This document shows positions 37,598-51,468 of a stretch of DNA of 64,000 nucleotides, piece by piece. The DNA is taken from the NCBI RefSeq assembly GCF_963921235.1, contig NC_086108.1, positions 48,176,001-48,240,000 of the forward strand, read 5' to 3'. Each line of letters begins with the position of its first letter. The first letter of the stretch is position 1. The notes beneath the pieces are model-generated. The model was not told where the DNA came from. It worked only from the letters and a program-made list of their open reading frames with translations, and ran no database searches. The translations under genes and the position numbers were made by a program. Origin of the DNA: Mobula hypostoma (lineage: Eukaryota).

Positions 37598-40588
37598 GTA
37601 AGTTTTATCCAAATTATTTTTAATTTTTATTTTATTATTTTTATTTCAATTGTAGTTGTTCTTGTGTTTTTCATTTAAGGTTGTTTGCTCTTTCACTTGC
37701 TAGTTCTACTGTACAGATTAAAATTTTGAAAGAATTAGTTTCAGAGAGCAAAATTAAATTTTACCAAAATAAATCTTTGGCTAGTTGATGACATGGATTC
37801 AAATGGAACATGGAATCAATTATCTCCACAACATTTAATGGAGAATTTCTAAAATTTCACAGAAATGTATATTCTGAAAGAATACTTTCCCATGGCTGCT
37901 AAAAATTTCCCCAGTTTTTTTCAATCTGTATGGTTTTAGGAACAATCATAATTTCTTACAGGAAAGGAAATCTGAGTAAGTCAGATTCTGCAAACCGTCA
38001 AACATTGTGAATTTTGTATATTGAGATGAAGGATGCAAGACATGTACACAAGAAGATGTTCCAGAAATGTTGGTATTTACAGATTACTATTGAATTACAT
38101 AGAAAAATGAATTATTTTCAGTTCACCTATTTTTTTAAATTAAAGTTAATGAAGTAAATATTGTGAATTCTGTCCAGAATAACCTAGAATTAGGTGGCCC
38201 ACACATTCCACTCTATTTTTCCTGTCCTCTTAATTCCCAGTGATGATCTCATTGATGGATCATCTGCCCACTTCATTAATGTTTGCCGAACTCCTAATGG
38301 CTTTAGAAGAGCATGAGAAGGGAATTCCTAGACATTCCTTAGACTAGCTTATCTAGTGCAAGGTGAGATTCCTGCAAGTAATTTTGGGAACCTCTGAACG
38401 GTAAAATCTTTAATAGGTCTGGAGCAGTTAACTCTAGGAAGATTGATACTTTGAGGATTTATTAGAGTTTTATATTTGATCCCCATCCTTGTTACTTCAG
38501 AGAAAATTGTGCCTTTTCCAGCAGCTGCAGTCCTTCCAGTGAAGGTTCTCCCATAGTGCTGTTGGGGGTGGGGTTCCAAAATTAAACCCAATGATAATTA
38601 AAGGGCAGTGGGATATTTCTCATCAAAATGGTGCTGACTTGAAGGGGAACCTGTTGATTGGTATTCTTATGCCTCTGCTGTTTCTAGTTTAATACATTAA
38701 CAATACTGGCAACCACAGCAATGTAGAAAGTTGCCTAAGTTTGTTCTGTTCATCAAAAGCAAGAAAAAGCTAATGTGACTATACACCTATGTATCAGTCA
38801 ATTCTCAGTGATCAGCAGAGTGATAGAACCATCATTGACAGAGCTGTCCAGCTGCACTTACTCGCCAATAACCTGTTTGCTGTCCTTTTTGGATTTTAGC
38901 AGGACTACCATATTCTAAGCCTCATTGCAGCCTTGGCCCAAACGTGGACCAAGGAACTGAATTCCAGAAGTAAGGCAAGTGAAGTCTAGGTCATGGGTTG
39001 GGTTGGGAAGATACTGACATGGTAGATTAACCTTGGTGAGTAATGACAGCGAGATTGCGATAGAGGGAATGAACAGCACAACAGAGGAAAGTAAATTTTA
39101 TTTTCATTTATGTCACCATATACAACCCTGAGATTCATTTTCTTGTGGGAATTCTCAACATGTCTATAAAATAGAATGATAACAGGATTAATGAACAATC
39201 GCCAAACCACGGCTTTCAACCAGAGTGTGGAATTCAACAACTGTGCAAATGAAAAAAGAAGAAACAATAATATAAATAATCAATAAATATCGATAATAGT
39301 CCTTGAAAGTGAGTCCACTGGTTGTGGGAACATTTCAAAGAATGGGCAACTGGGAAATACTCTTTCATGCTTCTGATTTGCTTCTTGTTTGGAAATGAAC
39401 CACTTACTTCACAACATCCATCCAGGACATGGTGTATATTGATCAGCTATATTTTTGTGTGTTTTAATATACCAGATTATTTCATTAACTCAGTTTAAAA
39501 TCTATAGATTCCATAGTTGAATTTGAACTTGTACTTCTGCCTTTGTGGTCCTTTGGAGTACATCAAATAACTTCAACATGACATCGACATACCTTACAGA
39601 GTAGGACCCAACAACTCTTTGGTCTGAGTATTTTTCAAAGTAAAAGCTGTGATAAAAATCTATTTTTCTAAAGTTAATGATATCACAAGAATTACCCGTT
39701 CCCCATTTTTCAGAAGTTATTTTAAATGCTTTGTACAATGCAGAATTGGTCATTGCTTGAGAAGCTGGACTATTGCAAACTCAGGTGTCATGGGTCTCTC
39801 ACATTAAATTAACAACACCCCATTTAAGGCTTTTGGATGATTTTAAATGAAGGCTTTCTTTGATTCCCATTTACAGAAAAATGATGCTGTAGCTCATGGA
39901 GGGTGTTAATAAATATCTGAGATAAACAGGGCAATCAAGTTATTGAGATTGCTCTGAGAGCTGGTATCGACTCTGTGGGCCGACCACCTCCTGTTGGGAG
40001 CAAGTTTGAGAAAATAGGAGTTAAAAAAGCCTTTAACCTCCAGTCTAGAATATGAATGAATGGTAAATGTCCTTCAATGAACACAGCAGTATGTAATCGA
40101 CTAGCATTGTGAACAATTATCCACTTGATGCATTATGGTCAAGCAACTGGCCGGGTTAAAGCTAGCGATCACTGCTGTGGTCCATACTTCAGAAGTATTG
40201 GAGAAGAAAGCAGCTAATAGAAAAAGAAAGGAAAAGACTGAAGAAAGGCACATGGCCCATCAAAACCATCCTGTTTTCAAAAGTATCCTTTCAGCTTTCC
40301 CTGCCTCATTTATCAATCGTAACGTGTGTTTGTCACATTTTATGGTATCATGGGAAAAATGCCAACGTTTTCTTCTATACTGGTTTAAATTACTGTCTTT
40401 TTTGTTTAAAGATACCATCCTTTGACCTACATGCAATAAAATTATAAAAACTTGTGTCCTTTGACTAGTATTTCCATAAAAATAATCAGGATTATCATGT
40501 TTTTTTAAAAAATCTTAATATTGATTCTTTACTGTGGGAAAATTCCATACCAATAGCATTAATCTACTTATGATTTTTTTTTCCACAG

Positions 40589-40783
40589 CTTCACCTGTTT
40601 TCTCACAAGCCCCATTGGATATCTCCATGGATATTGGTTCAAACCTGACTTTGCCTTGCCAGGCACAGGGATACCCCACTCCCCGGATCAGGTGGCGGCG
40701 AGTAGATGGGAAGTCCATCTTCTCAAGGCATTCTGCAGTTAGTTTTGTGACTCAGCTGAGAACAGGAAGTCTCTCCTTTAGAA
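40589..40783 (+). CDS. HMCN1: Hemicentin-1 coding exon (195 nt, phase 1 to 1)
   Basis: ttccacag|ct ... agaa|gtaagt. Encodes SSPVFSQAPLDISMDIGSNLTLPCQAQGYPTPRIRWRRVDGKSIFSRHSAVSFVTQLRTGSLSFR. Confidence 0.95.
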
Positions 40784-41418
40784 GTAAGTCACTTGTAGAT
40801 GTTTCATCAGACCTATAAGCATTCCACCACACTCATTACTGAGCTAAAACACCCAGGAAGAAAAAGCTACCATACACCTTCTTTACTGTCCTGTCTACTT
40901 GTTTTAGTATCTACATATTGCACTGCACCATTTTCCTTCATTGGTTGATTTAATTTAAATAAACAATGAAGGAATTTACTGTAAATTGTATGAAGTTCAT
41001 GGTTTTCCAACCAGGTCTTCTAAGTATCTGACAGGTAATACATGCCGGAGCATATGTGTGCAGTGCGCACAACACTCTTGGATGCTACTTCTGGCACTTT
41101 TGTCCAAGGAAATCAGGGTTGTCAGCCTGCCATACACTAAGAATTAACATACCCAAGCAGGTGCCATTAAATTTCTAATGTGTGATATCCTTGCAAAACA
41201 TATAAAGAATGTACAATCATGAGGAGTTTCTGGACTCCGTTATTTTCCGTCCATTTTTTGTATTACTGAATTCTATTTGGAGTGCAGGAGTTAACAACTA
41301 CATTTTCAAACTGCTATATTGTGATATCTAAGACAGAGATTTTTACAGGACAAAAGATAGCATATGTGAATATAAATTATTCCTTATGTTTTAATATGTA
41401 TTCATCAGAATCAGATTT

Positions 41419-42238
41419 ATAAGACCATAAGACATAGGAGCAGAATTAGGCCATTCAGCCCATCGAGTCTGCTCTGCCATTCCATCATGGCTGATCCCGA
41501 TCCCACTCAACCCCGTACAGCTGCCTTCTCACCATATCCTTTGATTCCCTGACTGATCAGGAAACGATCAACTTCTGCCTTAAATATATGCATGGACTTA
41601 GCCTCCACCACAGTCTGTGGCAGAGCCTTCAACAGATTTACTACTCTCTGGCTAAAAAAATTCCTCCTTACCTCTATTCTAAAATGTCACCCCTCAATTT
41701 TGAGGCTGTGCCCCCTAGTTCTGGATACCCCCACTATAGGAAACACCCTCTCCACATCTACTATATCTAGTTCTTTCAACATTCAGTAGGTTTCATTGAG
41801 ATCCCCATGCATTCTTCTAAATTCCAGTGAGTACAGGCCAAACGCTCCTCATATGTTAACGTCTTCATTCCCAGAATCATCCTCGCAAACCACTTCTGGA
41901 CTCTCTCCAATGACAACATATTCTTTCTGAGATATGGGGCCCAAAACTGTTGACGATACTCTTAGAGCGGCCTGACCAGTGTTTTATAAAGGCTCAGCAA
42001 TATCTCTTTGCTTTTATATTCTATTCCCCTTGAAATAAATGCCAACATTGCATTTGCCTTCTTTACCACAGACTCAACCTGTAAATTAACCTTATGGGGG
42101 TCTTGCACGAGGACTCCTAAGTCCCTCTGAATCTCTGATGTTTGAACCTTCTCCCCATTTAGAGTGAAGTCCACACTATTGTTTCTTTTACCAAAATGCA
42201 TTATTGTACACTTCCCAACACTGTATTCCATCTGCCAC
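41419..42238 (-). mobile_element. CR1 LINE 3' fragment, apparently inserted into an older LINE tail
   Basis: WQMEYSVGKCTIMHFG...RDLGVLV...KKANAMLAFISRGIEYKSKE...LYKTLVRP; (cttatggt)-like 3' repeats. Confidence 0.88.
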
Positions 42239-43455
42239 TGATATGACATATGAAATGAAATTTGTTGTTAATGACATGAAATTTGTTGTTTTGCAGCAGC
42301 AGTGTAGGGCAAGGAGATAAAAATCTATAAATTACAGAAATAAATAAATGATGCAAAAGAAACAGGATACCGAGGCAGTGTTCATCGGTTCCTGGACTGT
42401 TCAGAAATCAGATAGTGGAGGGAAGAGGTTGTTCTTAAATCATTCAGAGTGGGACTTCAGGCTCCTGTGCTCCGCTTTTAAACTAAGCAACATGGAAAAT
42501 TGGAACTAGACTAAGAGTCAGTCCCTTGATCTTGCTCCGCCATTCATTAAGGTCATAGTTGATCCACTAACTCATATATACTTTCCTTTGGAGCTTCCAG
42601 ATCCCTTAATTATATCAGAGTTCAAAATCAATGTGTTCAGCTTTACAAGGGTTCACAATGTGGGGTCCATTGACCCACCCCTACCCCCAGTTAATGGTAA
42701 GGGAAGGCTCCATGGCGTAAAATAAGTTTGAAGATATTCAGCATTTGAATAACTCCAACCCTCTAGCTGGACTTTGTCAAGTTGGAAGCTATTTTGATCT
42801 TCCATTCTATTTGTTTTAGTCAAACTGTCAATATCTATCCTTCTATCTGTCCTTTATTGCTACTGGAGTATTAACTATTTTCAGGGAGCCTGTGCACCAA
42901 GGAATTGATTTGGCTCTGAACTAATGACCCAGAACTGACTGAATGTGACTCATTTCCAGCACTCACTACTAAAGTATGCTGTTGTCGCACAATTCCTTCG
43001 ATGCTATCCTTATGGATGGATAGTCTTGCTAGTTATGACATGGGATATCCCATTGGCAGAGCTTTGTATGATATATTCCATAACAGCAATATTAAAATAG
43101 AATAAAATTGACCTTATTCTTATCTTTCTTTCTGGCAACCATGGGAGGTTCTTCCATGGGCTCATCCACTGTGATGCCATCTCCATCAGATGCCTCAGTG
43201 TAAGTTGCACCACTGGAACTCCTATGTTCGCACTTCAGCCACAGATCTCCTAGTGCTTCAGGTTTCTTGTGAAACTGTTGAGATTTCTCAGTAAACTTAA
43301 TCTCCACTATACAATGGTGGAATGCATTGTTACAGAATTGACTATTATTCTTTGAAGGTGATTCATTGTTTTAACATATTTTTAAAAGAAGTCCTGGTTT
43401 AAAAATGCTCTCCACCTTAATTAAAAGGGGATGGCATTCCACTTCTTTGTGTTAT

Positions 43456-43790
43456 AAGATCATAAGAGCATAAGATGTTGGAGACGAATTAGGCCATTTG
43501 GCCTATCGAGTCTGCTCCGCCATTTTCCTCTCAGCCCCAATCTTTTGCCTTTCCCTGTATCCCTTCATGCCTTGACCAATCAAGAATCTATCAACCTCTG
43601 CCTTAGATATACATAAGGACTTGGCTTCTACAGCTGCCTATGGCAAAGAATTCCACAGATTCACCACTCTCTGGCTAAAGAAATTCCTCCTCAATTCCAT
43701 TCTAAAAGGACACCCCTCTGTCACAGCCTCTGCCACCAAAGGAAACGTGCATTCCACATCCACTCTATCAAGGCCTCTCACCATTGGATA
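43456..43790 (-). mobile_element. CR1 LINE 3' fragment
   Basis: Same 3' end as the copies at 41419 and 28767. Confidence 0.78.
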
Positions 43791-43902
43791 GTATGGAATA
43801 GTTATAGTATGGAAATACGTTATAAATATATTGCCAAGAATGAATGATCAAATAAATGGTAGGAATCAGTAGAACTAAGTTGATTGACTTTCTTTGCATC
43901 AG

Positions 43903-43998
43903 ATCTTTGGGTGGACGATGAAACTACATACATCTGTGAAGCTGAAAACCAGTTTGGAAAGATCCAGGCTCGAGCCACAGTAACAGTCACAGGACTGG
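43903..43998 (+). CDS. HMCN1: Hemicentin-1 coding exon (96 nt, phase 1 to 1)
   Basis: ttgcatcag|at ... ctgg|gtaagt. Encodes NLWVDDETTYICEAENQFGKIQARATVTVTGL. Confidence 0.95.
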
Positions 43999-45070
43999 GT
44001 AAGTGGTTAGACCTGAGAAAAGTAATATTTCCTGGCAGATGTCATGTAATGTACAAGTTAGGTGAAAGCATAGACAGTAAATTGATGAGTTTTCAGTTAC
44101 CAAAGGAGTTTGCAAAAGCTTTCTACCTATATGTTTTTTTAAGCTAATGTTTCACTTTGCCTTTTCTATGAGATATGACCGTACATGATTTGGGGATGTC
44201 TATTCATATAGCTTTTTGCTTCACAGCTCTGAGAGCAAACTTGATGAACTAGATGGTGCTCCAGGTGCAGTCATTTGTCACCAGAGGAAATTGTCTAGCA
44301 ACTGTGTACTTAATACCATGATTCTGCTATGAAATCTTAAGAAGTTTGAGTCCCGGATTCTAACGAAGCATGCTTGGGGTTTCAGGTTGTCTGATGACAT
44401 TTGTGTAAATAGCAGGTTTTCTAAGGAAGGTTTCATTGATGCTGAGTTTTGATATGGAAAGAATCAGAATTCCAGATGTCTGTAGCACAGGAAGAAACCA
44501 CTTGGCTCACTGTGTCCATGTTCAAAGTTAAGGAGCTATTGAAACTAATCCAAGTTACAAATGTTCCATCCATTGCCTACAAGGTCATAACACACAAACT
44601 GTTCGCCCAGCTATGTTTTAAATATAATGAAGGTTTTAACCTCAGCATTCCTTACAGGATATGAATTCCATATTCACACTTTTTCTAAACTTCCGACTAT
44701 TTCTTTAAATCTATGAATGCTAGGTTAATAGACTCACTGCTGAGGAGAAGAAAGTCCTTCTTATTCACCTTATCTGGGCCTGTATGCATCTTGATTAAAT
44801 CGACCCCCCTCCCCAGCTTTCTCTGCTTCAAATGACAGACGGAGCAAAATTCAGTGTTGTGCCATAGTACAGAGAGATGTTGCAGATGATGTTGAGAGAA
44901 GGTGGATGGTGTTGCAAACAACCTGTAGTCAGCCCAGTTCTGGAGGAATCACAAGCAATACCTGATTGTAATACTTCTGCTGATGAACGTTGGAATGTGT
45001 GTTGCTAATGGAACAACCCATGATGTTGACAGGAAGAAAACATTGCTGAAGAGAAGATAATACTGTTATC

Positions 45071-46665
45071 ACAAACAAGAGAATTCTGCAGATACTGGAA
45101 ATCAAAGTAATACACACAAAATGCTGGAGGAACTCAGCAGGCCAGGTAGCATCCATGGAAAAGAGAAAACAGTTGACGTTTTGGGCCAAGGCTCTTCACC
45201 AGGACTGGAAAAAAGGATTAGAAGTCAGAGTAAGAAGGTGGGGGAAGAGAGGAAGGAGGTAGGTGATAGGTGAAACTGGGTGAGGGGAGGAGTGAAGTAA
45301 AGAGCTGGAAAGTCAATTGGGCCGGAGAAGGAGAATGGGATCGGCGAGGACAGAAGGCCATGGAAGAAGGGGAAGTGGGAGGAGCACCAGAGGGAGTTGT
45401 TGGGCAGGTAAGGAGATAAGGTGAGAGAGGGAAACGGGAATGGGGAATGGTGAAGGTGAGGGGAGGGCAATTACCAGAAGTCTGAGAACTCAATGTTCAT
45501 GCCATCAGGTTGGAGGCTACACAGACGGAATATAAGATGTTGCTCCTCCAACCTGACTGTGCCTTATTGTGGTAGTAGAAAAGACCATGGACTGACATGC
45601 CGGAATGGGAATGGGAAGTAAAATTGAAATTGGTGGATATCAGGAGATCCTGCTTTTTCTGCCGGATGGAGTTTCCCAATCTATGTCGGCTCTCACCAAT
45701 ATACAGGAGGCCACACCGGGGGCACTGGATACAGTAGAAACCCCAGCAACTCACACATGAAGTGTTGCCTCGCCTGGAAAGACTGTTTGGTGCCCTGAGT
45801 GGTCATAAGGGAGGGGGTGTAGGGGCAGGTGTGGCACTTGTTCTGCTTGCAAGGATAGGTACCAGGTGGGAGATCAGTGGGGAAGGCCGAATGGACAAGG
45901 GAGTTGTGTAGGAAGTGATCCCAGCGGAAAGTGGGGGGCAGGGGAAGGGAAAGATGTTCCTGGTGGTGGGACCCCATTGGAGATGGTGGAAGTTATGGAG
46001 AATTATGTGCTGGATGCAGACGCTAGTGACGTGGTAGGTGAGGGGAAGAGGAGCCCTATCCCTGGTGGGGTGGTGGGTGGATGGGGGGAGAGCAGATATG
46101 CGTGAATGTGGATAAATGCAGTGATGATGGCGGAGGAAGCAAAGCCCCTTTCTTTGAAGAAGGAGAACATCTCATTAGTTCTGGAATGAAAAACCCTCAT
46201 CCTGAGAGCAGGTGTGGCAGAGATGGAGGAATTGGGAGAAGGGGATAGCATTTTTACAAGTGACAGGGTAGGAAGAGATATAGTTCAGGTAGCTGTGGGA
46301 ATCAGTGTACCTTCACCATTCCCCATTCCCATTTCCCTCTCTCAACTTATCTCCTTACCTGCCCAACAACTCCCTCTGGTGCTCCTATGGCCTTTTGTTC
46401 TCTCCTATCAGATTCCCCCTTCTCCAGCCATTTATCCCTTTCATCAATCAACTTCCCAGCTCTTTACTTCACTTCCGCCCCTCCTCTCATTTGACCTATC
46501 ACCCACTACCTTGTGATTCTTCCTCTCCTCCCCCCACCTTCTTACTCTGACTTCTAATCTGCTTTTTCCAATCCTGATGAAGGGTCTCGACCCAAAACAT
46601 CAACTGTTGACTCTTTTCCATAGATGCTGCCTGCCCTGCTGAGTTCTGCCAGCATTTAGTGTGCG
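45071..46665. mobile_element. Older Penelope-like element (distinct subfamily), inverted two-arm insertion
   Basis: Long minus arm (about 45071-46305) with frameshifted GTYPCKQNKCHTC / LLYIGES; short plus arm (about 46309-46665) complementary to 45112-45457; degenerate hammerheads near 45170-45217 (-) and 46568-46606 (+). Confidence 0.85.
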
Positions 46666-46913
46666 TAATATTCCGTAACCATTACATAGACCATCTCAAT
46701 GGTGTACTGGATGGATGTCTGGAAGACAGGGAAATAGTTAGGTCTCATTGAATTCTTAAATGTGATGACAAATTTCCAGAATCTTGTTCTGTTTGTTGCA
46801 TCACCTGTTGGAGATCACGTTGCAAGTTTAAAACTGAAATATTGTAATGTTATGAATTCCTGCCTTGAAATGATCAGTTCTCCCAGATAGGTGGACTTAG
46901 CAATAGTTTAAAT

Positions 46914-48497
46914 CAGTAGTCCCCAACTACTGGGCCGCAGAGCATCTGCTACTGGGCTGTGAGGAAACGATATGAGTCAGCTGCACCTTTCCTCATTCCC
47001 TGTCACGCACCATTCAACTTGAACATACGATTGCCAACTGTCCCGTATTTGCTGGGACATTCGTATATTGGGCCAAATTGGTTTGTCCCATATTTCCCCC
47101 GCAAAGGTAGTGCGTTCCTATGAAACCTTTCGTGCCAAAATGGCATGATGTGAAGAAGCAATTATTGTACCATTAATTTATATGAGAAAAATTTTTGAGT
47201 GTTCCCAGACCCAAAAAATAACCTAACAAATCATACCAAATAACACATAAAATTGAAAATAAATAACACTAACGTATAGTAAAAGCAGGAATGATATGAT
47301 AAATACACAGCCTATGCAAAGTAGAAATAATATATGTACAGTATAGTCAGGAAGATGAAGGCAAAACGGATTTGTGGGAGAAAGAAAAATCAGCAGGTAC
47401 GCACATGCGCAGGTCACACATGCGCATACAGGTGCCCGTGCAAGGCTTCATGGTCATGGTAGTCTTTCCTGGGTAAAGTGTCCCGGGATTTGACTGCTAC
47501 TTTCCCTTATTTGGGAGTGAGAAAGTTGGCAACCCTAACTGTAAAAGACATGTTGAGGTGAGTTTAACCCGACTTGAACACCGCCCCCCCCCCCCACAGA
47601 TCAGTGCCGATTTCCGATTGCGTGTCTCTGATCTGGGCCGACAATTACGTGTCCGACGGCACCTAATTAATTAGCATGTTTATTTCGGCTTTTTTCTTAA
47701 AGATGTGCTGTGTGCCTCCCGGCTACCTTTGCATTCTCCGCGAATGGGTATCTGTCCGTGGCCTGGGGGTTGGGGTGATGGGACACTGGGGTGTCATCTT
47801 GTCGTCTATTTCCATTACAGCAGGCAGCTCATCTTCTCCTATGACTGCCCGCCTTGATGTCGAAGGTCGAGGTTCGTCGTCTGCTGCGGCTGATGTGGAA
47901 GGCTTGCTTGACTGCTGAGCCTCGCGTATTTTTCTATCACACAGTTCTTTAATAAGGACTCAAACCATCCTGTAAATATCCCCTAAACCGATGTACCCTT
48001 TCAAAATTAAAATCATACTTTATCATTACTCATTCAGTTTCGATTGTTATCCTTTTTTCTTCCAATTGCATAAGCTCTTCATCTGTCAGTTCTTGGTGAT
48101 GGGATGCCAAAACCTCTTCAACATCATCTTCGTCAACTTCCACAAGCCAAACTCACGTTGTCCTTACTTCATTCACCACGATCAAAATGCTTAATTATGT
48201 CTAGTTTTACCGTAAGTGTAACACCCTTACGAGCTCTTTTAGGCTTTTCCGATACCATAGAACTCATCTTGCAAACAGCTGCTCACAGGCTCGTGTTTAA
48301 GCAATGCCGGCGAGAATCTGGGGGAGAGCGGCTGCTCAGGGCGCGCTGCCTTTTATCGTGTGCTGATTTTTTCGCGCGCTGAATTGTTTTTCATAACAGT
48401 GAAAACACCTTCTGAAAGTGAAAATAGGGTACTAATGTAGGTCTTTCGTAACAGTGAGGTTTCGTAAAGCGAACGTTCGAAAAGCGGGGGACACCTG
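46914..48497. mobile_element. Composite of nested non-autonomous DNA transposons (hAT-like and Tigger-like)
   Basis: Charlie-like start CAGTAGTCCCCAAC; inner TAGGGTTGCCAACT-type inverted repeats (47026-47039, 47524-47537); Tigger C-terminal remnant VEVDEDDVEEVLASHHQELTDEELMQLEE on the minus strand near 48060-48145; Tigger-type end ...aaagcgggggacacctg followed by TA. Confidence 0.7.
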
Positions 48498-49847
48498 TAC
48501 CATCCCGTCACACTCATATCCAGTATCATGAAGTGTTTCGAGAGGCTCGTCATGAGGCACATCAAGACTCTGCTGCCCCCCTCACCGGACCCTCTGCAGT
48601 TCGCGTACCATCCCAACCATTCAACGGATGACGCCATTGCCATTTCAGTTCAACATTCAACACAATCATTCCTCAGAAACTGATTGGAAAGCTGATCCTA
48701 TTGCGCCTGAACACCTCCCTCTGCCACTGGATCCTAGACTTCCTGACTGGGAGACCTCAATCAGTCCGGATTGGAAGCAGCATCTCCAACACCATCACAC
48801 TGAGCACGGGGGCCCCCCAGGGCTGAGTGCTCAGTCCACTGCTGTTCACTCTGCTGACCCACGACTGTGCAGCAACACACAGCTCGAACCACATCATCAA
48901 GTTCGCCGATGACACGATCGTGGTGGATCTCATCAGCAAGAACAATGAGTCAGCATACAGAGAGGAGGTGCAGCGGCTAACGGACTGGTGCAGAGCCAAC
49001 AACCTGTCTCTGTATGTGAACAAAACAAAAAGATGGTTGTTGACTTTAGGAGGACACAGAGCGACCACTCTCCGCTGAACATTGGCAACTCCTCCATAGA
49101 GATGGTTAAGAGCACCAAATTTCTTGGTGTTCACCCCGCGGAAAATCTCACCTGGTCCCTCAATACCAGCACCATAGCAAAGAAAACCCAGCAGCGTCTC
49201 TACTTTCTGCAAAGGCTGAGAAAAGTCCATCTCCCACCCCCCATCCTCACCACATTCTACAGAGAATTGAGAGCATCCTGAGTAGCTGCATCACTGCCTG
49301 GTTTAGAAATTGCACCATCTCGGATCGCAAGACCCTGCAGCGGAAAGTGAGGTCAGCTGAGAAGATCATCGGAGTCTCTTCTCCCGCCATTACAGACATT
49401 TACACCACACGCTGCATCCGTAAAGCAAACAGCATTATGAAGGACCCCACGCACCCCTCATACAAACTCTTCTCCCTCCTGCCATCTGGAAAAAGGCACC
49501 AAAGTATTTGGGCTGTCACGACCAGACTATGTAACAGTTTCTTCCCCCAAGCCATCAGACTCCTCAATACCCAGAGCCTGGACTGACACCAACCTATTGC
49601 CCTCTACTGTGCCTATTGTCTTGATTATTATTTATTGTAATGCCTGCACTGTTTTGTGCACTTTATGCAGTCCTGGGTAGGTCTGTAGTCTAGTGTAGTT
49701 TTTGTGTTGTTTTATGTAGTTCAGTGTAGTTTTTGTATTGTTTCATGTAGCACCATGGTCCTGAAAAACATTGTCTCATTTTTACTGTGTACTGTACCAG
49801 CAGTTATGGTCAAAATGACAATAAAAAGTGACTTGACTTGACTTGAT
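48498..49847 (+). mobile_element. Rex1/Babar-like LINE, 5'-truncated, frameshifted
   Basis: RT motifs [35 protein letters not shown] and KKTQQRLYFLQRLRK; tail aataaaaagt(gactt)n. Confidence 0.88.
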
Positions 49848-49899
49848 ATTTCATAGATGATTTGGGTAATGTTGAAGCTTTCAAATTAGCATCCCAGGG

Positions 49900-50490
49900 A
49901 AAGGTTAAAATTACATCGGATCTTCAGTTTCCAGAGCAAACTGAATCATCATCACAGACAGTGTCAGTGATTTCAGCCACTCTCCTCGTCTCAAGGCATA
50001 AATGGAAATCATGCAAATCATCATTAACTTGTGGAATATAAAGGGTAATTTCAAGGACCACTTAATAACATCAAGGGCATGTCTGAATACTTGCAGAAGT
50101 GGAGATCCTATTTTGCCTTCCTTTTAAACTAATCTATAATTGATATGACTATTGAAAGCTGTCCTGTTTCCAAAATCATGGACACAGAAACATCTCCTGT
50201 AGATGTCAGGTTACTGAAGTTCCAGGAGGATCAGATGCTGAAGAAGGTACATGAATCACAGTGTATGGACAAATTCTGCAAGAACTACCACGAATTATCA
50301 TCAATTCTGGAGGACCAGGGTGTGGTAAAGTTTATATTTTGGCACAACATTTTGTGGTGAATTGCTGTATCCACTGATGAAGTCTGTAGACGCAAAATAA
50401 CTGAGTTCCTCCACCCAGCCTTGACAATGTGTTTACCAAATTTCCAAAGGTTTATGACCAAGATAGAGACTCACAAGTATCTAACTGTGT
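49900..50490 (+). mobile_element. Possible fossil hAT (Charlie/GTF2IRD2-like) transposase C-terminus
   Basis: FGTTFCGELLYPLMK near 50338-50382 resembles the hAT dimerisation motif FGSTYLCEQLFSxMK, followed after a frameshift by RKITEFLHPALTM. Boundaries uncertain. Confidence 0.4.
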
Positions 50491-51468
50491 CAGAATACAG
50501 TATACCTTGATGCTGCAGCTAAGTTTTGTGGCTTCAGAATCAGAGTCTAAGAGTTACACAGGATGGCCCTTCAACCCAAATTCTCCATGCTGACCAAGTT
50601 GTCTACCTGAACTAGTTCCGTTTGCCTGCGTTTGGACCATATCCCTCTTGACTTCTCCTGGCCATTTTAAAACAATATAGTAATTTGCCACACATTTAGA
50701 AGGTAGAGTCTTAACAATAAAAAAAATCATGTACAAAACTTGAGTACACTGAGATTCTGAAAGTTCAGAGTATTATGACACATGGCTCCATGGGCCAATG
50801 TGTCTGGCTATCTTTACAAAATGGTGGCAGCTGACTGAGACACTTTTGCTGGGTGAATCCAGTTCCATTGTTGATAGCCAACCAACCCACCTGTTAACTG
50901 CTACCCACCACACAGCACCAGTATTTTACCCTGAGGCTTCCCTGTGGGAGGTTGGAGAGGTCTGGGCAAGGATGAGGCCAGGAAGTGGGCAGCTAAGAAA
51001 AATGGGTCTAGGAGGGAAAGAGGAAAGCACTGGCCTGGAGTTGGTGAGCTGCTACAGCATCAAACACGAGAATTTGGAGAAAGCAAATTATAAACAGAAC
51101 CTTGACCAATTTTGTAATGAAATAACAGTTTTTGTACTCAATTAAATATGGGTGGATGGGAGATTTGGAGACTTGACATTATTGCTAACAATTATAACAG
51201 TAACCAATCTAAAACAAATTGTGAAAGCATATTCATTATAGTTTTGTTGCCCGCTGCTTGGACAATTGTTAAATCATTGGATCCTTACCAAGCTCAGATC
51301 TGCTGCCATATTTCCTATACTTCATTAATGAATGGATCTCAGACACATTTAGTTGGCTACAAAGGGCTTTGAGACATCCTGAAAGGCTGTAACTGCTTGT
51401 CTTTTTACTGATGAGAGTATGGTGATTATCATTGTAAGTTCTGACGCTACAGCTCTTTCCTCCCACAG

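Noticed and set aside
45055..46682. TSD for the older palindromic PLE (taatactgttatc versus taatattccgtaacc)
   Set aside because: Too many mismatches to call.
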